Source of the DNA: Telmatobacter bradus | GTDB taxonomy: Bacteria > Acidobacteriota > Terriglobia > Terriglobales > Acidobacteriaceae | Assembly (NCBI RefSeq): GCF_048629425.1 | Contig: NZ_CP184532.1 | Span: forward strand, 413,398-445,397 | Length of the DNA stretch: 32,000 nt | Reading direction: 5' to 3' | Part shown: positions 9,136 through 18,445 of the stretch, in pieces | Layout: each line of letters begins with the position of its first letter | How positions within the stretch are numbered: position 1 is the first letter of the stretch | Program-made: the position numbers and the translations under genes | The notes under the pieces: model-generated | Seen by the model: only the letters and a program-made list of their open reading frames with translations | The model's database searches: none | What the model was told of the DNA's origin: nothing

Positions 9136-10660
9136 ATGAATGGTGCACCAGCTGAAGATCATACTCTGTTCGATCCCTTTTCCTCGGGCGGCATTGTCTT
9201 TACTACGATTCAGAAATTCATCCCTGCCGACGATGATCGTGATCCCAAACTGACGGATCGGCGTAACGTCATTGTGATTGCTGACGAAGCCCACCGCAGT
9301 CAGTATGACTTTATTGATGGTTTTGCGCGGCATATGCGCGATGCGATTCCCGGCGCAACGTTCATCGGGTTTACAGGTACACCGATTGAGAAGACGGATG
9401 CCAGTACAACGGCAGTTTTTGGCGATACCATCTCGGTCTATGACATTCAGCGAGCCGTAGAGGATGGGGCCACTGTCCCGATCTATTACGAGAATCGCCT
9501 CGTAAAGCTCAACCTTGACGAAGCCCTGAAGCCGCAACTTGATTCCAGCTTTGAAGAAGCAACTGAGGATGAGGAAGTAGGCAAGCGGGAGCGGCTGAAA
9601 TCGCGCTGGGCAGCGGTTGAGGCCATTGTCGGAACCGAAACGCGCATCAAGGCTGTTGCCAAGGACATAGTAGACCACTTTGAGGCTCGACAGCAGGGCA
9701 TGGTGGGCAAGGGCATGATCGTCTGCATGAGCCGCCGCATCTGCGTTGAGCTTTACAAGGAACTGACGGCGCTGCGCCCCAAGTGGCACTCGGACGATGA
9801 CAAGGAAGGCGCAATCAAGATTGTAATGACCGGCAATGCGACCGATCCCGTTGATTGGCAATCGCATATTCGCAACAAACCCCGCCGTGAGGCCATAGCG
9901 GAGCGATTCAAGAATCCCAATGACCCGTTGGAACTGGTCATTGTGCGGGATATGTGGCTGACGGGCTTCGATGTGCCTTGCCTGCATACGATGTACGTTG
10001 ACAAGTATATGCACGCGCATGGGCTGATGCAGGCGCGGGTGAATCGCGTCTTCCGGGACAAGCGCGGCGGGTTAGTGGTGGATTATCTGGGGATCGCGCA
10101 GGAGCTAAAGAAGGCGCTCTCAACCTACACGGAAGGCGGCGGAGAAGGTGATCTCACGCGGCCTCAGCACGAAGCCGTGGAGCTGATGCTCCGACGGCAT
10201 CAGGAGTGCTGCGCTTTGTTCAAGGGCTTCGATTGGTCAGGATGGGCCGATGCCAAGCCAAGCGACAAGTTGGGGATGCTGCCCTGGGCACAAGAACTCA
10301 TTCTGGCGCAGCCGCAAGGAAAAGAAAATCTCACCCGATCAGTTGCAGAACTTACTCACGCTTTTGCGCTCGCGGTGCCGCACGATGAGGCTTTGCGGAT
10401 TCGGGACGATGTAGGTTTCTTTCAGGCGGTGCGGGCGGTGCTGGCAAAGTCGCCGACGCAGCAGGTTGGCCGTGTCGATTCTGAATTGGCCATTCGACAG
10501 ATTGTATCGAATGCCATCGTGACCGAGGATGTGGTCGATATTTTCGCTGCTGCTGGTTTGAAGAAGCCTGACATCTCGATTCTGTCAGACGAATTTCTGG
10601 CGGAGATTCAGGCCATGCCTCAGAGAAATCTGGCAGTTGAACTTCTGCAAAAGCTGCTTA
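9136..10660 (+). pseudogene. hsdR: hsdR (type I restriction endonuclease, R subunit), middle part; 5'-truncated and interrupted
   Basis: [80 protein letters not shown]; no Walker A/nuclease portion upstream. Confidence 0.9.
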
Positions 10661-10678
10661 TGATTTCGCTACTCTGAA

Positions 10679-10710
10679 TTGGCCCCATTTGATGCTCTGA
10701 GTTGGCCCCA
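10679..10710. repeat. IS21 left-end multiple terminal repeats
   Basis: TTGGCCCCA at 10679-10687 and 10702-10710, spacing 23 nt. Confidence 0.85.
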
Positions 10711-10789
10711 CCTGGGGCAGAGCCCGTTATCTTGTTTCGGGGTAATATTCCCCGGAAACGAGGACGGCTTGGCCACAAGGAGGAGCAAG

Positions 10790-12370
10790 GTGGAGCTATA
10801 CGAGCAGATCCGGCGGGAGTACGAGCATGGCGCCGGGACGATCCGCGCGGTAGCGCGGAAGTTGGGAGTACATCGACGGGAGGTGCGCCAAGCCTTGGCC
10901 AGCGCGCTGCCTCCAGAGCGGAAGAAGCCGCAGCGGGAGCGGCCCAAGCTGGGACCGGCAGTTCCGTTCATCGACGCGATTCTCGAAGCGGACCGCAAGG
11001 CGCCGCGCAAGCAGCGGCATACCGCGCATCGCATTTGGATGCGGCTGCGGAAAGAGATGCCGGAGATTGTCGTCGGCGAGTCCACGGTGCGCGAGTATGT
11101 GTGCGAGCGCAGGCAGGCGATGGGGCTTCTGAAGCATCAGGTCTTCATCGCGCAGTCCTATCACTTTGGCGACGAAGCGCAGGTGGATTGGTACGAGATC
11201 CAGGCCGAGTTCGATGGCCAGCCGCGCAAGGTCTACATCTTCTGCATGCGCTCGATGGCCTCGGGAGCGGCCTTTCACCGGGCCTATCCGCACGCCACGC
11301 AACAGGCATTTCTAGAAGCCCACGAGTTGGCGTTTCACTGGTTTGGTGGGGTCTTTCATACTCTCAGGTTCGACAACCTGACCTCGGCGGTGAAGAAGAT
11401 TCTGCGCGGCTATCAGCGGGAAGAGACCACGCGCTTCATCGCTTTCCGCTCGCACTGGGGCTTTCAGGCAGAGTTCTGCACGCCGGGCGAGGGCCACGAA
11501 AAGGGTGGCGTCGAAAACGAAAACGGGCAGTACCGGCGCAACTACATGGTCCCCGTGCCGAAGGTGCGCAACCTGGAAGAGTTGAACCAGCTACTGGCCA
11601 CGGGAGCCGTAGAGGAGCAGGCGCGTCTGATCACTGGTCGCAGCCTGTCGATCGGCGCATTGATGCTGGCCGAGCGCGAGCATCTGCTTCCGCTGGCCAC
11701 CGAAGGCTTCGATCTGGCCGCGCTGCACTTTCCTCATGTGAACCAGAGCGGCTGCGTCAAGGTGTTGACCAACTTCTATTCGACGCCGTTGCCGGTGGGA
11801 ACCAGGGCGGCCGCCAAGGTCTACTCGGCTTACGTGGAGATCTGGCACGATGGGCATTGCGTGGCGCGGCATGAACGCTGCTACGAGCGCCATCAACAGG
11901 TGCTGGAACTGGACCATTATCTGGATGTGTTCGAGAGGAAGCCGGGGGCGCTGGCCGGATCCACGGCTCTGGAGCAGTGCCGGACACAGGGTCGCTGGCC
12001 TGCCAGTTATGATCGCTTCTGGTCCATCGTCAGCGAACGGGAAGACCGTCAGGCCGGAACGCGGACGATGATCGAGGTTCTGTTGCTCAGCCGCACCTGT
12101 GGCGCTGGCCGCGTTCGCCAGGCGGTGGAAGAAGCGCTGGCGATGGGCGCTTCCAGCCTGAGCGCGATCCGCTATCTGCTCAGCGTGGACTGCCGGCCAG
12201 CAACGGCAGAAGCGCTGGCTGTGGAGGTCGGCGAATTGCACCGCTATGACCGTCCGCAACCCAGCATGGAAGCCTATGAACAACTGCGGCCGAACTGGAC
12301 TGAGCCTCCACAGACAGACTCAAGTTCCCGGATTGCAGACTGGCCGGTGGCGACGGAGGTGGTCCAGTGA
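10790..12370 (+). CDS. istA: IS21-family transposase IstA
   Basis: N-terminal HTH ([21 protein letters not shown]), [54 protein letters not shown] 10790 preceded by AGGAGG. Confidence 0.93.
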   Translation: MELYEQIRREYEHGAGTIRAVARKLGVHRREVRQALASALPPERKKPQRERPKLGPAVPFIDAILEADRKAPRKQRHTAHRIWMRLRKEMPEIVVGESTVREYVCERRQAMGLLKHQVFIAQSYHFGDEAQVDWYEIQAEFDGQPRKVYIFCMRSMASGAAFHRAYPHATQQAFLEAHELAFHWFGGVFHTLRFDNLTSAVKKILRGYQREETTRFIAFRSHWGFQAEFCTPGEGHEKGGVENENGQYRRNYMVPVPKVRNLEELNQLLATGAVEEQARLITGRSLSIGALMLAEREHLLPLATEGFDLAALHFPHVNQSGCVKVLTNFYSTPLPVGTRAAAKVYSAYVEIWHDGHCVARHERCYERHQQVLELDHYLDVFERKPGALAGSTALEQCRTQGRWPASYDRFWSIVSEREDRQAGTRTMIEVLLLSRTCGAGRVRQAVEEALAMGASSLSAIRYLLSVDCRPATAEALAVEVGELHRYDRPQPSMEAYEQLRPNWTEPPQTDSSSRIADWPVATEVVQ

Positions 12371-13137
12371 GCACACCCCAGCCGATTGAACAGGCCGCCA
12401 TTCAGCAGTATGCCCGTCAACTCTATCTGACCACCGTGGCCGACCAGTTTGCCCGTCTGGCCGAAGACGCCGTCCGCAAAAAGCAATCGCATTTGAGTTA
12501 TCTGGAGGCGCTGCTCGGCGCCGAGGTCGAGGAACGTGAGCGCCGAGCCGTGCTCCGGCGCATCAAGGAGGCCCACTTCCCGGCCGTCAAGACGCTTGAG
12601 GAGTTCGATTTTCAAGCGGCACCGCACATCTCCGCGGCGCTGATAAAAAAGCTCAGCGAGGGCGAGTATCTCGAACGCAAGGAACCAGTGATTTTGTTAG
12701 GGGAAACGGGCACGGGTAAAAGTCACTTGGCCGTCGCTCTGGCCGTCGCCGCTTGCCGCCAACGCAAGCGGGTGCGCTTCACCACAGCGGCGGAGCTGGT
12801 GACGGAGATGATCGAAGCCCAGAGCCAACTGCAACTGACGCGGATGCGCAACCGCTGGATGCGCTACGACCTTGTCGTCCTTGACGAACTTGGCTACGTC
12901 GTCATGCCGGACGCCGCGGCGGAGTTGCTCTTCCAGGTGATCGCCGGCCGCGCCGAGCAGGCGGCTCTGATCGTAACAACGAACTTGCCATTTTCCGAGT
13001 GGCCCACCAAGATCCCCAACGCACGGCTGTGCAAGGCGATGCTCGATCGCCTGACGGATCGCGCTCACATCATCGAGACCGGAACAGAGAGCTACCGGTT
13101 CCGCAGAACCATGGCTAGAAAAGCAGGTAGGGCATGA
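12367..13137 (+). CDS. istB: IS21-family helper ATPase IstB
   Basis: [89 protein letters not shown]; ATGA-type overlap with istA. Confidence 0.95.
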   Translation: MSTPQPIEQAAIQQYARQLYLTTVADQFARLAEDAVRKKQSHLSYLEALLGAEVEERERRAVLRRIKEAHFPAVKTLEEFDFQAAPHISAALIKKLSEGEYLERKEPVILLGETGTGKSHLAVALAVAACRQRKRVRFTTAAELVTEMIEAQSQLQLTRMRNRWMRYDLVVLDELGYVVMPDAAAELLFQVIAGRAEQAALIVTTNLPFSEWPTKIPNARLCKAMLDRLTDRAHIIETGTESYRFRRTMARKAGRA

Positions 13138-13475
13138 CAGGCAAACAGTGGTACTACGCGCAACTGCGCTGGGCAGTGATGGTGGAAGGCAAGGAAGGGC
13201 TGCGAGCGTGGAAAGAGGCCGTTCACATCTTCCTCAGCGAAGATGAGCAGACAGCCTTTCAGCAAGCACTGGAGATCGGAAGCCTGGGCGAGGATATTCA
13301 CACCGAAGGTCGGCGGGAGGTGGAGACCAGACTGGCAGAGGTGGTAAGACTCGATTGCCTGGGTAACAACCCAACCCAGTTCGAAGTTCGGCTCGGTTCA
13401 AGCAAGGCCCGAGAGCGCCTTCCCTTCGAGCACATTTTCAAACCGGAGGACCATATGCCAGAACCGACCTTCTAA
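13134..13475 (+). CDS. Hypothetical 113-aa protein inside the IS21 element (accessory ORF)
   Basis: Start codon overlaps the istB stop (ATGA at 13134-13137); lies before the right IS terminus. Confidence 0.55.
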   Translation: MTGKQWYYAQLRWAVMVEGKEGLRAWKEAVHIFLSEDEQTAFQQALEIGSLGEDIHTEGRREVETRLAEVVRLDCLGNNPTQFEVRLGSSKARERLPFEHIFKPEDHMPEPTF

Positions 13476-13504
13476 AACCGCTTGACCACGGGAGCGGCGC
13501 CGCC

Positions 13505-13561
13505 CCGTGTTGGCCTTGGCTCCAGTCGCCCTACGGGCTCCTTCCGCCAAGGCCAACACGG
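13505..13561. repeat. Perfect 16-bp inverted repeat / stem-loop near the IS21 right end
   Basis: CCGTGTTGGCCTTGGC (13505-13520) and GCCAAGGCCAACACGG (13546-13561), 25-nt loop that itself contains GCCCTACGGGC. Confidence 0.85.
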
Positions 13562-13585
13562 AATGACAGAACACATGCCTTCAGG

Positions 13586-13617
13586 TGGGGCCAAATGAGA
13601 CCGTCAAATGGGGCCAA
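13586..13617. repeat. IS21 right-end multiple terminal repeats (inverted)
   Basis: TGGGGCCAA at 13586-13594 and 13609-13617, same 23-nt spacing as the left end. Confidence 0.85.
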
Positions 13618-13640
13618 GTCAAGTTGACGAAATCAGCTTA

Positions 13641-14113
13641 AGGGCGAGATCAAAACTCGCTCCCGGCGGAATGTGGTTCAGGCGCGCAAATTCTCCGATC
13701 TGATCGAGGCTTCTTTACGGCGCTATCAGAACCAGGCAATTGAAACTGCACAAGTGATTGAGGAATTGATCGGCCTGGCAAGGAAACTGAATGAGGCTTT
13801 ACGGCGCGGTGAACAGCTTGGGCTGAATGAAGATGAACTAGCCTTCTACGATGCCTTGGAGGTCAACGACAGCGCCGTACAGGTGTTGGGGGATACATCC
13901 CTACGGGCTATTGCCAAAGAACTCGTCGAAAATGTTCGAAAGAACACGACCATCGACTGGACACAGAGGGAGAACGTCCAAGCCAAACTCCGGGTAATCG
14001 TCAAGCGCATTCTGAAAAAGTACGGCTATCCACCAGACAAGCAGGAGAAGGCAACCCAGACCGTATTGGAGCAGGCCGAAGTACTGTCCGAAGGATGGGC
14101 AGTATCGCTCTAA
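13641..14113 (+). pseudogene. hsdR: hsdR C-terminal part, displaced by IS21
   Basis: [72 protein letters not shown]..., typical HsdR C-terminal helical region; in frame with 9136-10660 once IS21 plus one TSD copy are removed. Confidence 0.9.
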
Positions 14114-14189
14114 ACCCAATTCAGTTTGAATAGCATGATGGGTAGACCAAATGTGAACTATGTTATTGGGTCTGCGCAAAATGATCGTA

Positions 14190-15227
14190 AGTGGGGTAGC
14201 TGCCTTAGTACAGTAGCCCCTACAGGTTGTGTTTTGCGGCTATTTGGCTGGCTCTTGAAGGGCGAAACCTCGTGGGCTGTGTTACGGCGGCATTTTCCAG
14301 CAAGCGATAGAAGAGCATTCCCCGTCGGCGCGATTTCCTGCGGTTGAAGCGAAAGGCAAACTCGTCCAGGTATGCATCCAGATGCGTGGCGGTAACCGAA
14401 CCTTGATGTGTTCCCAGCAGCCAGCGTTTCAGCCGCGATGCAATCTTATGGACACCCGGCATGACCACATGCGCCGGATCGCCGCTACTGGAGATACTGA
14501 CGGCATGGTGCTTGTGGCCTTCTTTTGCCAACCCCGCATAGCCCTTCCAGCCATCGGTGCACACCTGTGATCCCGGCTCAATCGCGAACTGCACAAAGGG
14601 AATCAGACTACGCGAGGAGGCATCCGCAACCCGCTTCAGCCGTACCCGCCCGAAGCCTATCGGGGAAAGCACTTCGATCGCGATGGCCACGATAAACTTA
14701 CGCTCCGCGCCGCGTCCGCGTGTGCCCTGCTCGATTCCCCCCACGTAGGTTTCGTCCACCTCGACTGTGCCTTGGAGTCGCTCGCGGCCAGGACGCACCA
14801 TGGCTGTCCGCAACTTGCGCAGCATTGTCCAGGCCGTCTGATAGCTGCCCAGGCCGAGAAGTCGCTGTAGACCCAACGCGCTGACTCCATATTTTTGGTT
14901 GGTCATGAACCAGATAGCGGTAAACCAGTCGGCCAGCGGTACGCGGCTGCGGTCGAAGATCGTTCCTGCCGTTACAGACACTTTGCGAGCACAGCCAGCA
15001 CAGGTCCAGCGCCCATCGGACAAGCGCCAGCCCTTCTCACTGGAGCATTTTGGACAATGAAAACCGTTTGGCCAACGGAGCCGCTCCAGGTAGCCAATGC
15101 AGGCTTGTTCATCGGGGAACCAAGCGCGAAACTGTTGCCATGTGCCCGGATAATCAAGCCCCAAATCGGGTTTTGCCTCGGATACCACTACATATAGATC
15201 CTACTGTACTCAGGCAGCTACCCCACT
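14190..15227 (-). mobile_element. IS1595-family insertion sequence (1038 bp)
   Basis: Near-perfect ~27-bp terminal IRs AGTGGGGTAGCTGCCTtAGTACAGTAG / CTACTGTACTcAGGCAGCTACCCCACT; 8-bp TSD TGATCGTA at 14182-14189 and 15228-15235. Confidence 0.93.
14220..15188 (-). CDS. IS1595-family (ISXO2-like) transposase
   Basis: N-terminal zinc-binding CPKCSSEKGW...CAGC; GTVEVDETYVGG; VCTDGWKGYAGL; TATHLDAYLDEFAFRFNRRKSR. Confidence 0.93.
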   Translation of the reverse strand: MVSEAKPDLGLDYPGTWQQFRAWFPDEQACIGYLERLRWPNGFHCPKCSSEKGWRLSDGRWTCAGCARKVSVTAGTIFDRSRVPLADWFTAIWFMTNQKYGVSALGLQRLLGLGSYQTAWTMLRKLRTAMVRPGRERLQGTVEVDETYVGGIEQGTRGRGAERKFIVAIAIEVLSPIGFGRVRLKRVADASSRSLIPFVQFAIEPGSQVCTDGWKGYAGLAKEGHKHHAVSISSSGDPAHVVMPGVHKIASRLKRWLLGTHQGSVTATHLDAYLDEFAFRFNRRKSRRRGMLFYRLLENAAVTQPTRFRPSRASQIAAKHNL

Positions 15228-15245
15228 TGATCGTATACATGTCAA

Positions 15246-15842
15246 TCAGGCTACCCGCAGATGGACGCCTCGTTTTACCTGTGTACCTGGGACTTCCTCA
15301 AAGCGGCTCACCGCTTCCTTGATCGCATCGCTGTTCGGTCTGTCGTCGCGGATGCAGCTTGCCAATGCTTTAGAGGTGTCTTCTGAAAGGGATGCAACGA
15401 CCAACTGCCAGAGGCGTCCTGGAATGCGAAGTTCCAACTCACGGAAAGTCGTCGGAACCTGAGTCGCGTCCGTTATCTCGACTGAATCCTGACTGTTCTT
15501 CTGTAGCCGCAGCGTGAACTCCTTTCCTTCGATCTTCCTGAGCCCGCGTGCCGCCAAGAAGTAGAGCACCATATTCCGAGTACTGACGCCCTTTGCTTCG
15601 GCGGTGCGCGCGCGTTTCTGGAAGTGTTCTGCCTGCTGGCGGCAGTATTTCAGCCGGTTGTCCATCAGGGTAAGGAACCGCCCGATCCTGTCGACCTTTT
15701 GGCTTTCTGCCTCGCAGAACTGCCGAAATCGTTCGAGCAACTCGGAAGAGGCCGTACCGTTCTCCTCCACCTCTTCCTCGATCTGATCGAGCATCGAGTC
15801 GAGTTCGCGGTCGATCTCAAAGAGTGTGCTGCCATCGGTCAT
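15246..15842 (-). CDS. Siphovirus Gp157-like protein
   Basis: TLFEIDRELDSMLDQIEEEVEENG...DNRLKYCRQQAEHFQKRARTAEAKGVSTRNMVLYFLAARGLRKIEGKEFTLRLQKN layout of the Gp157 family. Confidence 0.7.
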   Translation of the reverse strand: MTDGSTLFEIDRELDSMLDQIEEEVEENGTASSELLERFRQFCEAESQKVDRIGRFLTLMDNRLKYCRQQAEHFQKRARTAEAKGVSTRNMVLYFLAARGLRKIEGKEFTLRLQKNSQDSVEITDATQVPTTFRELELRIPGRLWQLVVASLSEDTSKALASCIRDDRPNSDAIKEAVSRFEEVPGTQVKRGVHLRVA

Positions 15843-15886
15843 TGAAGTCCTCCATAGAGTTTGTATCTGGCAGGGTGATAGCGTGG

Positions 15887-16345
15887 CTACGCAGCCATGG
15901 GCAAACTGTTTGCTTGAGTGCGCGCTGCGCGGTAGGCTAGTGCGTCGGCGCGTGATTGGATCGGATGGCCGCCGTGCCCTCTGATCCATCGCCAGCGAAT
16001 TGTTCGCAGTTCGTTAAGTCGGAGCAACTCGCGCCACAGATCCTGGTGCTGCAATTCAAAGCCACGGCTGTTGCGCCAGCCAAACTGCTGCCAACGAAAA
16101 ACCAGGAACCGCATTCCGTCGATCAGCAACTCCGAGTCAGAGCGCAGTTCGATTCGCGCGCCGGTCGGTGTTAGGCGCAGGGCCTCAACCGCAGCGCGTA
16201 GTTCCATTTCGGAGACGGTTGACCGCGGAACCGATCCGGCGATCTCCTGCCGCTTTGTCCCGTGGATCACGATAGCTGCCCAGCCGGCTGGACCGGGGTT
16301 GCCGATGGCCGAGCCATCGGTGAAAATGAAAAACTGCTTGTTCAT
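15887..16345 (-). CDS. rnhA: Ribonuclease HI-like
   Basis: FIFTDGSAIGNPGPAGWAAI, SEMELRAAVEAL, LRSDSELLIDGM, GHGGHPIQSRADALA retain the RNase H acidic residues. Confidence 0.85.
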   Translation of the reverse strand: MNKQFFIFTDGSAIGNPGPAGWAAIVIHGTKRQEIAGSVPRSTVSEMELRAAVEALRLTPTGARIELRSDSELLIDGMRFLVFRWQQFGWRNSRGFELQHQDLWRELLRLNELRTIRWRWIRGHGGHPIQSRADALAYRAARTQANSLPMAA

Positions 16346-16424
16346 GGGGTGCTCCGGGCGGGTCGCTTCTCCGCAACGGATGAATGGGACGCTGGTTCCT
16401 CTTGTCACTGAGCGATAATATTTC

Positions 16425-17216
16425 ATGCAGATTTCTCCACATTGTTATGCCGTGACCGGGCTCGGATACTTCTCTCCGTGGTGCGTCAATGCCGGCTTTG
16501 TGGCAGGCGATACCACCACGCTCATCATCGACACCGGCACAAACTGGATGGCGGCGCAGACGATTCACGGCTACGCTTGCGCGGTTCGTCCCGGCAATCG
16601 AATCCTGGCTGTGAACACCGAGAAGCACTTCGATCATGTCGGCGGCAATGGCTTCTTTCGCGACCTCGGAATAGACATCTACGGACACGCCGAGAATCAG
16701 CGAACCGCCGAGGAGTTTGCGGCCGAGATTGCCGTGTTCAACGATTCCACTCTCGACCGCCAGCGCCGCGAGCGCCAGGAAGCCCATGCCTTCTTCCATC
16801 GCACGGAGTTGACCGCGCCGAACAAGAAGCTCGGCGAAGGAACCGTCTTCGATCTGGGCGGCGTAACTGCGGAGGTGCTCTTCACGCCGGGACACACGCG
16901 CACCAACCTCTCCATCTGGATTCCTCAGGAGCGCGTACTTTATACGGGCGATTGCGTGGTGAGCCTGTACCGGCCGAATCTAGAGGCGGGGAGCAGCGAA
17001 GACTGGCGTCTTTGGCTTGCCTCGCTCGACCGGATCGAAGGCCTGCGCCCGGCGTTTGTGCTCGGCGGGCACGGCAATCTACTGAGCGCGGCCGAGCTGA
17101 CCACGGCCATCGAGATCATCCGCGGCGATCTCCGCGAAGCCATTGCGCAGGGTCTGTCGCCCCATCAGCAATTTTGCAAACAGAATCCAGATGGAACAAA
17201 GGCCGACTACTTGTAG
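16425..17216 (+). CDS. MBL-fold metallo-hydrolase with atypical first metal motif
   Basis: LIIDTGTN, NTEKHFDHVGGNG, VLFTPGHTRTNLSIWIPQERVLYTGDCVV, VLGGHGNLL. Confidence 0.85.
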   Translation: MQISPHCYAVTGLGYFSPWCVNAGFVAGDTTTLIIDTGTNWMAAQTIHGYACAVRPGNRILAVNTEKHFDHVGGNGFFRDLGIDIYGHAENQRTAEEFAAEIAVFNDSTLDRQRRERQEAHAFFHRTELTAPNKKLGEGTVFDLGGVTAEVLFTPGHTRTNLSIWIPQERVLYTGDCVVSLYRPNLEAGSSEDWRLWLASLDRIEGLRPAFVLGGHGNLLSAAELTTAIEIIRGDLREAIAQGLSPHQQFCKQNPDGTKADYL

Positions 17217-17236
17217 AACGCCTCTCCGCGCGATGT

Positions 17237-18445
17237 CTACGCCGCTTGCATGGGAACAACGCTGCCGAAGGGCGCATGACGGCCGCCGGTTGAGGCCCAG
17301 AGCACGGGATAGTATGGAGCTTCGTCGGGAAATGTCCCGTAGAGGTCGGTCAGAAAGACCAGCGTCTGCGGTTGAATTCCATGCTCCCTCAGCCAGTCGA
17401 AGCACGGACCGAAGTCAGTTCCTCCGCCGCCAACGGGATTGAGATGAACGGTCTCCCCGGCTTGATAGGTCTCCACTTTGTGTACCTCAGTGTCGAAGTA
17501 CAGGACGTGAACGCACTGTGGCCGTTGGCCTTCGAGGATCGAGCAAACCTCAGCTTCAAAGAGACGCAACAACCGACCATTCACCGAGCCTGAGCAATCG
17601 ACAGCGATGGCAATCTCTCCGACGCCCTCGCGCACGACTCCAGGCAGATAGAGTCCGTTCCAGATGTGACGGCGGTTGGGCCGCATCCAACTCGAATCGG
17701 CAGGGATAGTATCGGACCAGAGCCGGCGCAACAGTTCACGCCAGTCTACTGTTGCCTCTGCGGCTCCTTCGAGAGTGCGGGCCAGACCCGCAGGAGCCTT
17801 GCCGGCTTGCTTCGAGAGCGTGACTGCTTGGTTGACGGCAACGCTCCACTCTCGCGCCTGCTCTTCAACACTGGGTGTTTCGTCGTTCGGCAGAGGTGCA
17901 TCAAGAACCTGGCCGATGCCGCCCTCCGTCACTGGCGCAGTCGGCTCATCGGTGCTGCCTTGCTTTTCTGGCGTTTCGCCCGCGCCAGTTCCGGCACCGT
18001 TATTTGAGCTGTTCTGGCCGCCAGACTGCGGCTGTGCTTCTGCATCGCGCAGGTTGTAAATCTGTTCAGCACTCATGCCACGGAAGCGGTGATCGACAAG
18101 AACGCCATCCGGCAGACTGAGGCCAGCGTCGAGCAGCAGTGGATTGATGGCGTAATCGCACGCCTCATTCCACCTCTTTGAATCGCGCCCGGAACGCCGC
18201 ACATGATGCTGGAGCGCGGGGTGCATGACCTCGTGGGCCAACACCCCGGCCAGCGTTGCCGAGTTCAGTGTATCGACGAACTCAGGGTTGTAGTAGAGCG
18301 ACACGCCATCCGTCGCCATGGTTGGAATCGACCGCTGTTCGCGCCCCTTCAAGCGAAACAAGAGCGAGCCAAAGAATGGATGATCCAACAGAAGCGTAGT
18401 CCGCGCCTTCTGAATACGAATGGATGCCGGTGTCTCATGTCTCAT
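17237..18445 (-). CDS. DUF2201-type putative metallopeptidase with VWA-like domain
   Basis: LAGVLAHEVMHPALQHH (HExxH) N-terminally; IAIAVDCSGSVNGRLLRLF (MIDAS-like DxSxS) and GGGGTDFGPCFDWL C-terminally. Confidence 0.82.
   Translation of the reverse strand: MRHETPASIRIQKARTTLLLDHPFFGSLLFRLKGREQRSIPTMATDGVSLYYNPEFVDTLNSATLAGVLAHEVMHPALQHHVRRSGRDSKRWNEACDYAINPLLLDAGLSLPDGVLVDHRFRGMSAEQIYNLRDAEAQPQSGGQNSSNNGAGTGAGETPEKQGSTDEPTAPVTEGGIGQVLDAPLPNDETPSVEEQAREWSVAVNQAVTLSKQAGKAPAGLARTLEGAAEATVDWRELLRRLWSDTIPADSSWMRPNRRHIWNGLYLPGVVREGVGEIAIAVDCSGSVNGRLLRLFEAEVCSILEGQRPQCVHVLYFDTEVHKVETYQAGETVHLNPVGGGGTDFGPCFDWLREHGIQPQTLVFLTDLYGTFPDEAPYYPVLWASTGGRHAPFGSVVPMQAA

Larger units (their letters stand above)
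10661..13635 (+). mobile_element. IS21-family insertion sequence (2975 bp) carrying istA, istB and a third ORF
   Basis: Ends start TGATTTCG (10661) and, on the complement, TGATTTCG (13635), followed at identical spacing by TGA.TTGGCCCCATTTGA and a second TTGGCCCCA repeat; flanked by 5-bp duplication GCTTA (10656-10660, 13636-13640). Confidence 0.9.

Noticed and set aside
9040-10020. N-terminal ~327 codons of the 555-aa minus-strand ORF 8353..10020
   Set aside because: Antisense to the well-supported hsdR remnant; the XRE protein starts naturally at MTGDELKNARK (9039) right after the operator palindrome.
10702-11874. 390-aa plus-strand ORF overlapping istA
   Set aside because: Arg/Gly/Ala-rich shadow frame of istA, which has clear IS21 transposase motifs in the other frame.
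10675-13621. IS21 boundaries at TGAATTGG / CCAAGTCA
   Set aside because: No target duplication at those positions; the similarity continues outward to TGATTTCG on both sides with a GCTTA duplication, so the element ends are 10661 and 13635.
16442-17293. 283-aa plus-strand ORF overlapping the MBL hydrolase
   Set aside because: Arg-rich out-of-frame shadow of a gene with clear MBL motifs.
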